Below are positions 36,343 through 48,399 of a DNA stretch of 63,099 nt, one piece after another. The number at the start of each line of letters is the position of its first letter. Position 1 is the first letter of the stretch. The DNA is taken from the NCBI GenBank assembly GCA_977020255.1, contig CDROCS010001060.1, forward strand, positions 186,001 to 249,099, written 5' to 3'. This DNA comes from Obrimoposthia wandeli (taxonomy: Eukaryota). The translations under genes and the position numbers were made by a program. The notes under the pieces are model-generated. The model did not search any database. It worked only from the letters and a program-made list of their open reading frames with translations, and was not told the origin of the DNA.

Positions 36343-39111
36343 ATGAATAATATTTGGAAATATTTAAAAGACCACAATTTAGAAATTGATGTATCGTATG
36401 TATCTCCACTATTAAAGTGCTCAATGTGTTCCTCAATCCTGAGGCAGCCCATGGGGGCTGTTTGTGGATGCGTGTTCTGTGACGATTGTATCTACAAATA
36501 TCTCGGGGAAGACTTGAAGCCATGCCCGGGTTGTATCATGGATAACATCACAACAGAAATAAGTTACGGCCGCGATATTGTGCAATGTAGGAAGTCCACG
36601 AGGGAAATAAACAAGCTTGCTGTCACTTGCCCACACGATGGATGCGAGGAGAAATGCGAGTTGCTGCAGCTGATGGATCACATTGTATCTTGTCCTGTGT
36701 CGAAGTCCGGCTGCATTTTCAGCAGCATCGGATGTATGAGTGCGCAGTTTAATTCGCTGGAGCTGAACAAGCATCTCGATGAAGGAAGAATGGCGCATTA
36801 TCGGATTATTGTCGAGACTCTGTGTCTGCTCAAGAACGGTTTCGAGTCACTGCAGGCGGAGCGAGGAGACGAGTCTGTCATAAGAAATGAGACGGATAAG
36901 CTGAAAGAAGACCACACAGAGTTGAGAGTTGCGTATGAAGCGAGAGATAACGAGTCCAAGGCGGCGATTGATGCGATTGTGGCGGATGTGGCGGCTCTGA
37001 GAGCGGAGAATGTGGAGACGAAGAAGAAATTAGAGCTGCGAGAGGCAGAAATGAAGAAGGATAAAGAAGAATTCTGGGGAGAAATTGAACAGTTGCAGAA
37101 GAAAGTTGAGAGATTGAGAGAGGATAATGGGAAGATGAGACAAACAATCAAAGAGAACAAAGTGTGCGGAGGGAAATGAAGGAAGATATAAAGAGGGTTA
37201 CTGAATCAAAGTCTGAGGATAATACGAAATGGCAGACGAAGATTGACGGGAAGAAATCGGACTCAGAGAAAATGAGAAAGGAAATTGGCGAATTAAGAGC
37301 GACTCTGGCGACAAAGGCCGATATGAAGACGGCGCTCGATGAATATTCGCGAGAAGTGGCTCAATTGAAGAAGGAAATAGACCGAGTTAAAGTAATTTTC
37401 CCCTCGCTCTATTTATGACGCATTGCAGGAGGAAGTGGCGCAGCAGAAGAAAGATTCAGAGAAGGAGAGAGCGACGACGACGAGCGGGGTGGAGAAGACA
37501 GCTGGAGCGGAGGTAATTGATGTTCTGCAGCAAAATCGGTGACGAATGGAGCCACTTTCACGGGGAATCGGCGATGCTGAGATGGGATCGATGAAGGGGC
37601 AACATTGGGAACTGAGGTCGAGGGAGTTAATCAATATAAGTGTTGTAAATTGTCATTGTCAGGTGCGAGTGGGATTATTACGCCAGCTACTCATTATTTT
37701 ATCATCACAGTGATCCTCCCTCATTTTAGTGTGGAACAATTTTGTGTGTGGGGTTATTTTATTTCCACAATATCTTCATTTATCCGAGAGTGATCAGCAG
37801 TGTCAAGTTTGGGCATTGGTTGGCATTATCTGAGTGCGGCCTGTTCTGTTAGAAATGTCGAATTGGGGTTTCTCTTTCTTGTCTATCCTGGATTTGAGAT
37901 TCTTGTTGTTGTATGTGACCTCTTTTTCATTTCCCTTCATTGTGGAGGTTTTGTTGCTTTGTTTAATCGTATTATTTAGTCCGTGGGTTCCTTCCTCGAA
38001 GTTGTGAATGTTGTGTGATTTACAACGTCTTGTGAGTGTTTGAGTGTGGGTTTGAATGTGTGATGTTTCTTTTGGAGCCATTCCCTGTTTGTTTTATGTT
38101 CCCATATTCTTTTTGATTTTGCTAAAGAATGTGGCTCTGTTGAGTGTAGTGAGGACGTCGCCTATGAGGTGAACTTCAGCGTGTGTTGTTGAGTCAAGTT
38201 TGCAGAAGTCGCTCCTCGAGGTAGAATTCGTCTTTACTCGACGTTGCTCAGTTGTAGCCCAACATTTGATGGCGATGGTGCTTGTTTGTTACTATGCGCT
38301 GTCTGGCTCCGTTTTCTGAGTTTGAGCTTCTGATTGGGAAATTGTTCTTTTGTTTTCTGCCGATTGTTTCTGCAGTGTGTTCTCATTGTGGTTGTTTCAG
38401 CTCCGGCTAATGTCTGATTGTTGATTTTGCGCCTGTTTGCTGGGTCCTGTGCAGTGTTGGTGCTGATGTATTGGTGTGGAGAATTGTTATAATTCCTGCT
38501 GTGTTTGGTGTGTGTAATGTTTTCGAGTATTCCCTTTTCTGGGCTGTGTATGTGCGGCAAATTGTCCGGGTAGTAAATATCGGCGGTGGCTTTGGGAAGA
38601 GGTAAATCGGTGTCGCGATTGAGCGGACGCAGGGATTATGGTGCTGTGTGGAATGTGGAATGAGCAGCTGTTTGTGCGTGCGCAGGGCGGAGTGGGGGCG
38701 ACATCGCTTCATCGAGCACCGGCGACCGCGGACCAGCACATTTGGACTGCAACACGAGTCAGAGAGAGCAGCAGTGATCAATGGAGCAGCACATTCCTCC
38801 TCCGAGGATACCACATGCAACTGAGAGTGGTGCTGAGGCTGGTTGGTGTCACCTCTATCTGGACAGATCTCTACCTCGTGGGATCATCAGAAGATGCCGC
38901 ACTGCACTGGCCAATGAGGCTGCCTATGCGACTGCGGGTGACGGACCCCGACTCCGGGACGGAGATTTGGTCTAAGTCGTGGACTGGCAATGGTCAGAGA
39001 CCGAAGAAGAATGGCCGAGTCTGCATTTGTTCTTCTCCTCATTTCAGTCTCACAGGACACGCAGGAGCCATGACGAAGGACTCTGTCGTCATCACTGTGG
39101 AGATTGTGTGA
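36343..39111 (+). pseudogene. TRAF: TRAF-like gene copy 2: RING, zinc fingers, coiled coil and MATH domain; 13-bp frameshift deletion and about 1 kb of intervening sequence
   Basis: Near-identical to copy 1 at the N-terminus. It lacks ataatatcgatgg near 37161 and has a probable 37-nt intron at 37391-37427. ORF 38638-39111 has MATH features HIW...STF...GYHMQLRV...EDAALHWPMR...DSVVITVEI. Confidence 0.8.
37640..38600 (-). mobile_element. Possible degenerate non-LTR retrotransposon 3' fragment inside TRAF copy 2
   Basis: Strong A/C skew on the minus strand and weak LINE-like remnants across frameshifts (RTYTA..GILE; W...KKHHTFKPTL...SRKEPT..IRL). Boundaries approximate. Confidence 0.35.
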
Positions 39112-40420
39112 GCCTTTCCCCACTTCTGACTTCCCTTTCCTCTGGCTCAGTGTGATCGACATTTATCATATTTACTTTCACTTTGCGTATTCCATCTCGG
39201 TGAGTGTGGAGACTTTTATGAGCAGTTTGAACCTCTTTCTCAATCGTGCAATAAAACATTTCAAATATTTCCCATCTTTTTACTCCTCTCGGATTTGTAC
39301 ATCCAAAATGATCAAATTTCCGTCATGTAAATATTTAATTTAATTTCTATTGGTAATTTCATTTCATTTTTCCTTTATATTGATTTTAATCGATTATCTA
39401 AATCCATAATAAAATTATTTAATTGAAATTTAAAATGTGCTCGAGAAAATTATTAAATTAATTTGAATTTCTCTTTGATATTTGAAGCTGCAAAATAAAA
39501 TGCGATAGAAATATTTGTATGGATGAATGCTCAGATTATCGTACTCGCTGATCATAATTTATCTCCCATTCGATATCCGGGCCTCAGAGGAGCGTACTGG
39601 AAATCTCTCCCAACAATTCACGGCCAATATCGAAAGCATGGACGAGTGCTGATGTCCTCATTGGTTCTGCAGCCTCAGCATGGCCGCTCATTAATTACAT
39701 CTCACGATCTATTGAATGCCATTTCCAACATTTAGCGACATAATCCCACTATGATCCCCCAATGTCCGTCAGTCCGCCCGTCCCAGACTTAGATCGGCAC
39801 GACCACACAAATTCCTGTTACATTTCCAGAGGTGTCCACAGATTTTGTCGCGAGGGCTTTCTAAAATGTGATGTTCTCATTGAAGGAGTATATTAACTAG
39901 ATTACAAATGGTATGAAACAGCAGCTCGTACAACTAAATAGTGTTTATGAGAAGTAAAGTGCAAAAGAAGACATTTTCGTGTCAAACTAAATTGTCCAAA
40001 TATGGCATAGCATAAAATATTCCGCAAAATATATTTAAAATGGCTTTATTTGATTAATTTAAATTACCTCATTTAAATAGAGAATATGACGGTCCATTTA
40101 TTTTATTTTAATAAATTAAAATTTATCTTAAACAAAGATTTATATTTGACTCATTTGTATCTTCTTCTTAAGTGAATTAAAATAATTCATTCACATAATT
40201 CTTCTTTACATTTCTAAGTTAGCAAATCAATGGTAAATTTTCAACTAAATCGCAATTTTTAATTAACATGCGAAAGACACCTAAAAATAAATATTTTATT
40301 TCGAGTTATTTTGGGAAATTCCACATTTATTTGATCTTTTATTGATAAAAGATTGGGAGAAGGACGTCATGAAGTCATAAAATTGCAAATGTGTATATGT
40401 TATGAATGAAAATGGACAAT

Positions 40421-41300
40421 TGTTGGGCAAGAATCTGAATAAATAAACTTTCAAAATTGTTAAGATGTTAATTGACAATTGTTGGGCAAGAATCTGAATA
40501 ACTAAATTTCCAAATATTTTATTATTATATCAACGTGTTAAAGATGCCCGGATTACACAAAATCAAAAGAAAAATTTTCTCCAAGTGATATTTTTGTCAC
40601 TGTTATCATAAAATCCAACTGTTTTATACATTAACTTCTTTCGGTTTTTCGATTCTGATCGGTTGTGCCATGTTCACGTCAGTTAATTGCAAGAAGTATT
40701 TGTGGGTAGATTTGCACACCAAAAATATCATAGAACAAAATTTGGGTAATATACAAACACACCCGTGTGAACACACACACACAAACATTGTAAAATCGAT
40801 GTGTCAAGGAAACTACTGAAATAATTGTGCCATGCATTATTGGATTTGGTTTGCCACACTGGAACCGATCGAGGAGGATTGAACCTGACGTCACATCCAG
40901 AGATAACTCCACTAAATGTCAGGAGATTGTAACGTTTTGACGTTCATCAAAGTGCATTCAGAATGCACTGTCCGAGAGTGTGTGTATGCGTGAATGATGA
41001 TGATGACGTTGCTGATGATGTCGATGATGATGGTGATATTGCTGATGCTGTTGTTGTTTCTGGATGATGATGATGCCTCTCCGGATGACGATGTAGGAAG
41101 GTGGAGGAGAGAGGCTGCTGTTACTGGGCGGTAAATCTTTGGCGATCAAAACCGCTTATCTAGCCGCCTCCCTGACGAGCCTGGCAAGGCGAAACGGGGT
41201 TATTACCCTGTCGGAGGCTGATAATGAATACCTCCCTGATTGTGGACACCTCAGTAAAATGTCAATTTAAATTGACAAAAGTTAATTTTAAATCCCAACA
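40421..41300 (-). repeat. 3' LTR of element C, copy 2
   Basis: TGTTGGG...CCCAACA ends; near-identical to 12340-13222. Confidence 0.78.
41166..41218 (+). ncRNA. Type I hammerhead ribozyme, antisense to element C copy 2
   Basis: GCCUCC CUGACGA GCCU-GGCA-AGGC GAAAC GGGG-UUAUUA-CCCU GUC^GGAGGC. Confidence 0.92.
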
Positions 41301-43819
41301 ATCCTATGGGGGTAAACAAAGTTAGATCTCTGACGTTTTAAAAACAAAAATAAAAATAATGTCCCGTTTAGTATATAGCTGTCCAACGTGACTTCCACAA
41401 AAATAAATTACTCGAGTCTGTTAATGTAAAGATAAAATATAAAATTTTGATTTTACACTTTTCATATCCACAAGCAATAAGACATTTAATGAATGATGCA
41501 TAGTAAAATATTTTACTACTCTAAATGCTGTCCTCATAATCAGTTGAGCAAAGGTCCATGACCTCAGGAAGGCTAGTATTGGCAATGCAGGGGAGAGAGA
41601 CCGTCAGTCCACATTCTTCTATAAGTTCTTGCTCTCTATGGAGGAAAATGTTTCGGGTCCATTGTGTGTATGAGGCTAGAGTGGGTATCCTTTTGTATTT
41701 CCTTATTGAAATACCACGAGACCATTCGAGCGAGTCCAGCTTGTTCTCTACGATTGATCTCTAATCGAATAGTATGTGTTGCTCCTAGATCCACCGTCTG
41801 CGAAAAATCGTTTTTCTGTAGTCCTAAAACCTTGAGGTTGTTGGTTATTCCCGTTCCTACGAAAATGTTGTCTTTTAGCAAGGACTGAACGCGTTGTAAC
41901 ACTTCGACAGAATCAGGTTGGTTTCTTAACTTACGTTCGTTGAGGCCTTTTATTCTTGTCACATAATTCCTGATTCTGTCTCTGCTATTGCATTTTGTAT
42001 CCAAAACGATTTGTCCAATTTTGTTCATTATAGTAATGCTGGCTAGGGTGGGTTGTTTGTTCATTTTTACTACCATTTCACAATCGACAAAAAATATTTG
42101 AGGATTGTTGTGATATTCAAATGGCAGACTTGAACGGGACTAGGTCGCACAATTTGTTCTATGAATAATATGTTATGTCCACCCGACAAACAAATCATCA
42201 AATCGGGAGTTATTTGATGTCTCATCAACCGGTAAGAGTGGTTTTGTAGGAGAATGCTTGCTTTTCTTGTGTTTTAAAAATCCACAGCCTTTTGCTACGT
42301 GAATCTCAATGTCCGTGCAAGTAGATAAAAATTTCATCAACTCAAACAGTCTGTTCTGTTGGCTTTTTGCTATTTTTGTTGAGAATTATGCTCTGTCTAG
42401 GGGTGTCTCTTAATTTGATGCTATTTGAAAGCTGGGTCTGATTGTCAAAAATCTTTATTCCGTAATGGTTATGGAAATACCTTGTTCCAAACTACCTTAT
42501 TTTTCCATAAAGGAACTTAGCCATTTTTGGACGTTATTCTGCTAACTAGACTGACTTCTCTCTCTTACCCTGCGGCACAACCTGCCAGTTTAAATAAGGA
42601 TTTGTACTTGTGGGTTCCATCTGTAGGGTATACAGATATAGTAAAAAAAAATTGATTTTACATGCAAATATAAAATTTGTCAATGTTTATAAAATGAAAT
42701 GTTCGTGTCAAATTTTTTTTTCTCTTTTTGTTTATCAAAAGTCTGTAAATCATTTTAGTTTTTTGATGTAACAAGCTCAATCAAACAGGTATATAAATAA
42801 GATATAATTTTTTCATTCTTTACTACATATTCTTGTTACATCTATTATCAATATCAATATATACATATCTATATAAATATATTCGTTTTTATTTATTCCT
42901 AATTTTTATTATGACACTTTAACTAAAGTTAATGAATATTAATACCCATTCATAAACATATTTCCTTTCCAAATCATGCCATAAGCTCAAACTAATTCTC
43001 AATTTTCTTTTAATTTATATTTTAATTTACTCACTGTGGATTTTACTAATTTTCACACCCGAAATCATCACTTTCTCCCGGTTGAAATCCCATTAAACGA
43101 TTAATTACTGATCTCAATGATACAAGAGAGTTTAACGCTTCTCTGAGTCGTCGTACTAATAATTCCTGATTTGTTTGGCTATGTTCTAATCTTCCATTTG
43201 CAACGTCAAAAGCATTATTCATTCGCTCACATTCCATTTCCTTGTCTTTCAAATGCGATCGCAGATTTATATTTTCTTACAATAATTTATTTTCCCATTT
43301 CTTCTGTCTCTTATATCTTCTTTTATTATTTTGTACTATTTTTTAATTTCTCATTTCTAAAATGTTAATAAGTTTTGAGTTCATTTTTACTATTTTCAAT
43401 TTAAACTAAACACATACGCACTTTTCTTCATTAACATTATAATTACTTTATTTTATGATTAGCTTTTATTTTAGTATGTCAATTCGTGTTTTTACTTGTA
43501 TGAAAATTTTATAAAGATTTTTCTCTTTTCTTCTTATTATTCTCAATTATTGTATTTATTGATATGTTAGATGAGTTTGAAGAGCTAGGTATGATAGATG
43601 TTATAAATGGCCCAGGAGGTTTCTACAATTTGTCCGATAATGTTTTTTGAAAATTGTGTTATTTTTTACTTTAATGACTTTCCATGTTATTTTTATGATT
43701 AATGTAAAGATTTCAATTATTATGATTGTTACAAAAATTTTCTTGTTATTTATATTTTTTGAGTATTTTTGTTTATTAAAGTGTATTTTTAGACTTTCAT
43801 TAAATGATTTATATGGTAT

Positions 43820-45141
43820 TGTTGGGATATTAATTAAAAGAATTAATTGTTAATTTTTTAAGTCAATTTAAATTGACATTTAATATTTATCCTAAAATGC
43901 CCACAATTAGGGAGGAGAATTCAAATTCAGCCTCCGACGAGGTGGTCCCGTTTCACCCTTTTTACCGGAAGCTCATCAAGAAGGCGGCTTGATAACCAGA
44001 TTCAACACAACGATTTTCCAGCACAGCAATAGCAGCAGACGCGGCGGCGGTCTGCCCTTTCTCAGCCAGCGACAAGTCTGATCCAGCTCCTCCACCATCC
44101 TTCCCCCGTATTCCCCGTCATCCTAATCGGCAGGCTGAACAGCGGTATTTCTGACTAAACATGATGACACTATCGTGCACAGACCCCGATTCGTCTAGCC
44201 CAGAACGAGATGGCCCATTCAACAGACTAGTATCCCAACACATACATCATTGTCTCCCACAAAATTTATCTTCCTTCCGACTGACAATTTTCTCTTTCTT
44301 TCTCTCCCAGTTTGTATGGTGACATCTGTATTTATGTGTGTGTACAAAATTTGTGATATCACGATTTTGAGCGATACATTTTGTGTGTGTGTACGAGCAG
44401 GGATTTCAGCAATAACAACAGCATCATCAGCAACATCATCATCATCGGCATCGTCAATATCATCAGCATTTGTGCCAGTGTGCTGTCTTTCGCACAGACA
44501 CACATTGCAGTCTATCAATCTATGCCACAGCTGCAACATGCACTTTCCGCGATACTGCGATCCACCGTATCTCCCTACTTATCAATCTCCCTCTTTCCAC
44601 ACAGACCATCCTAACCAGCAGCATGTCAGTGTCAGGATGACCACCATCGCACTGGGTCAGTTTCAAAGTCCCCTCCTTCTGTAGATTCATCTCCGTATGT
44701 CAAGTGATTGAGATCTCCACAGTCATCATTGGTTATTGGAAGCGAATTTCAGTTTTGTCTGTCGTTCAGTGTGCGTGTGTTCAATCAAGGAATTTAACTA
44801 TATGTGTGTGCTGTGATTTTCGCTGTGGTTAGAGGAGACAGTGTTTGTCTGCGTGTTTGATCATCGATCGGTAAAATTATGCACAGCAGTTTTGTTTTCC
44901 TCTGACATATAAACAGAATGATTTCTGTGAAGCTTAACACACAAAAATATACAACATTTCAACCTGTTAAAAAATTGAATTATTATTCAAAATATATTTT
45001 CTCTGGAACTTATTAACAATTAAACAAAAACAAGTATTTGAACCTATTCAAAAGATATTTTCCATGGAACTTATTAACAATTAAATCAAAGACAAGTATT
45101 TGAACCTATTCAAAAGATATTTTCCCTGGAATTTTATAACA
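43820..45141 (+). repeat. 5' LTR of element B copy 2
   Basis: TGTTGGG...TTTATAACA followed by AT TGGTGAGCTCGAC. Confidence 0.88.
43930..43985 (-). ncRNA. Degenerate hammerhead ribozyme in the B copy 2 5' LTR
   Basis: Minus strand reads UUGAUGA instead of CUGAUGA and stem II is disrupted. Probably inactive, or a sequencing error. Confidence 0.55.
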
Positions 45142-46849
45142 ATTGGTGAGCTCGACTAAGAGCACAGAAACAAGAATAGAATTGCAGGTCATATTTTATT
45201 CTTTTATTTTATTTATGATATTTTATTTGATAAATTTGTATATTTACCTAATTTTTTTTTTATTATTTACTCATTGTATTTATCATAATTACATTTAATT
45301 TAAGAGTTTACATAACTCCGGATTAACATCTATTTATTATTGCTTTTAATTGATATATTACGTTTAATTTACGATTTTTTTTACATTTAATCAGTATCTA
45401 CATATACATAAAAACTTTATTTACTGAGTAGTTGTCATATATACAGTTGATTTAAGATTTTATTTACTTTGATTTTGTGGATACCATTTGTGTTTATTGG
45501 AGGATTAGAGATTTCGTTTACATTTTTTACTATCGTTTACTTATATATTGAATATTTTTATTTTTACTTAACGATTATATTTGTCATTTTTAAATTTCCA
45601 CTATAATTGAGGTGTTTGCAGCTTTGCGCACAAGCCTCGTAGGTCCAAAATACATTTTCATAATTTTCATATAGTTGAGGTGTTTGCAGCTTTGCGCACA
45701 AGCCTCGTAAGATTAAAAATAATTTTGTTTCCTGATACATAGTCGGGTCTTGTTCTCTAATTTTCTTTTATAATTTGAATTGTGTTGATCATTTTAATCG
45801 TAAAAGTTATAGAAAAATAATTTATTGGTTTTCGGAGTTCTGTTCACATAAAGGCTAAACACTGGCTGTTGTCGGATAGAGTTTTGAACACTGACAAATA
45901 TATTAAAAAATAATCAACAAACGAAGCACAACTCAAATACAAAAAAATTGGAGAAAATTTTAAAATTTTTCTTTTGAACTGGTTTACCAGTAAAGATTCG
46001 TTTTTTGAGAACTATAAATTGGAGTGGATTTATCTATTAGAGGCGTAAAAGTAAAATAAAAAACTAAAAAGATAATAAAAGTTAAAATAATCATATAAAT
46101 ATATTTTTGTATAAAAAATAAAATTGATCATAAAATTTTGTCGCAAATTGTCTTGTTTCCCAAGTTACGTCGAGTGCTATCATATAAAGACTATATACTG
46201 GTTGGCCGTGGTAGTGCTCAAAGTGATAAGGGACAGAGATTATTGAGATAAATTTTTGAGTCTTGTTATTGTACTAAAAAATTAAAAAACAAAATAAAAT
46301 AAAACTTCGGAAATATAAATTTTCTCCAGAGATTTTCAGAGAGCGTGTTTTTAATATTGATAAGAGAGTTTGATTTTGAGATTGACTAAATAACTTTTAC
46401 GAATTTCACCGAAATATTTTTAGTTTCAGTACGCAGTACGCATTTTTCATTTTTCGCAATATTTGATTTTGAAACTTTAAATAAATTACTAATAACACAA
46501 ACCCAAAGATCTATCACAAAAATAGACACACAAAATAAGTAAACAAAAACGTAGCGCTAGCCTTCACTGGAGAAGAATTCAAACAAGATTAGTTAGGACA
46601 GACTCCAGTGATAAAACGATTCAAAGACCCAAATCACAAATCAGTTTTACAACAAATAACGATTTACTTACACAGACTTCTCCACTCTCAGAACATCTGG
46701 ACCTAACATTAACCTCAGATACAGAGAGTTTACCTTCACCACAAACATCTGACTCGGATAGTTCGTCAGAGATAACAGAAGCAGTAACCGTACCAGAACC
46801 ACCTATTGTACAAATAAACAACGAACAAATAATCGATCAACCTCAAATA

Positions 46850-48160
46850 ATGGCTGAACATAAATTAAATGTTCCTTTAGACGCTTTCAATGGCGATAAA
46901 TCTTCACTACCCGAATTTTTAAATAGATTTGATTCATTTGCTCAGGCATTTGAATGGACTAATGTAGAGAAACTTAGGGTTTTTCCGGCGTATTTAAAGG
47001 GCACTGCCTTAACAATTTATAGAGGATTAAATAATGAACAGAAAGACACATGGGACCATTTAGTTCAGAATTTTCAAAATATGATTTTAGGAGCACAGTC
47101 TGAACAAAATTACCTTAACCAATTTAGGCAACGTGAACAACATTTGGAGAACCCACAGTATTTTTGAGTTGAATTACGAAGATTAGCCTTAAAATCATTT
47201 CCCGGAATTGAGGAAGTCTTAAGAGAACGTTTGCTCCCTACATCAATTTCTATATGGGCTAAACAGTAAAATAAAAAATCGCAGCACTACTAGAAGTAGA
47301 AAATTTTCAGCAAGCTGTAAATAAGGCTCAACTTGTAGAAACAGAATAAGCATGTTACAACAATCTGAAGTTTTAGCATTAACCTTTGAAAAATACAAGA
47401 CCAACAACACCACCAAATTTCAATCAAACTCAAAACTATAACCCAAATACACAATCTAATTACCAAAGCTAACAACAATATACACCACCGACAAATAACT
47501 TTTATAGAAATCAAACAAACAGAAACTATACAGACTCACAAATTACACAAAGATCTTTCCAAAAATATACAAATTGTGGACTGCAAATCACACAATAAGA
47601 ATTGTTGTAAAATAACCAACAACAAATTTTGTAGATTTTGTAAAAAAGACAATCATACTATTGAAACTTGCCGAAAATTGTTATACAGACAAGGTAATAA
47701 TATAAGACCACAAAATAATAACTTTAACAATCCTAATAATAATTTCAAAAATACAAATAGTAATTTTAGAAGCCCATATAATAATTTCAATAATCAAAAT
47801 AATCAAGCTAAATATTTTTAATACTAATACAAAATTTTGTAAGAATTTGTAATATAAAAATCACAATACTGATGAATGTAGCAAACTAAATACAATGATG
47901 AACCAATTTGGTAACACAACAATAAAACAACAACAACCACAACCACAGAGTCAAAAAACAGTACAGTTTAACAATCAAAATCAACAATATGCTTACAGAA
48001 ACCCAATACATACTATTGAAAACACTGATATAACTCAGAAACGAAAGAAGTTGCATTGATGAGATTAAGGCAACAAGAAATAGATAATCGCTACAAAGAA
48101 ACACATCAGCGTACCAAAACAATGAACAAAACACAAATAGTACCAACTCTCAATCTGAAT
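46850..48160 (+). pseudogene. gag: gag of element B copy 2 (multiple frameshifts)
   Basis: Near-identical to 18955-20273. Confidence 0.88.
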
Positions 48161-48399
48161 TCGGAGAAATATCTAAAAAGGGTTGTCTAACATTAGAAAA
48201 GAACACAAATAAGTACAAAAAATAAATCAAACCACTCAAACACAAGATACAAAATCGAAAATAAAAATAAACGAAAAACACCAAAAAAATAGTAAGAAGT
48301 CAACTCTTAAAAATACATATAATTTTAACAAAATCATCCAGAATTTATGGAAAAATAATTCAAATAATATTATGATATGTATTATTACAAATATAATAA

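Larger units (their letters stand above)
40421..43819 (-). mobile_element. Element C copy 2, 3' segment (exonuclease about 41636-42620, coiled-coil ORF 43046-43252, FN3 tail)
   Basis: Duplicate of 12340-15727 with the same B insertion point. Confidence 0.85.
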
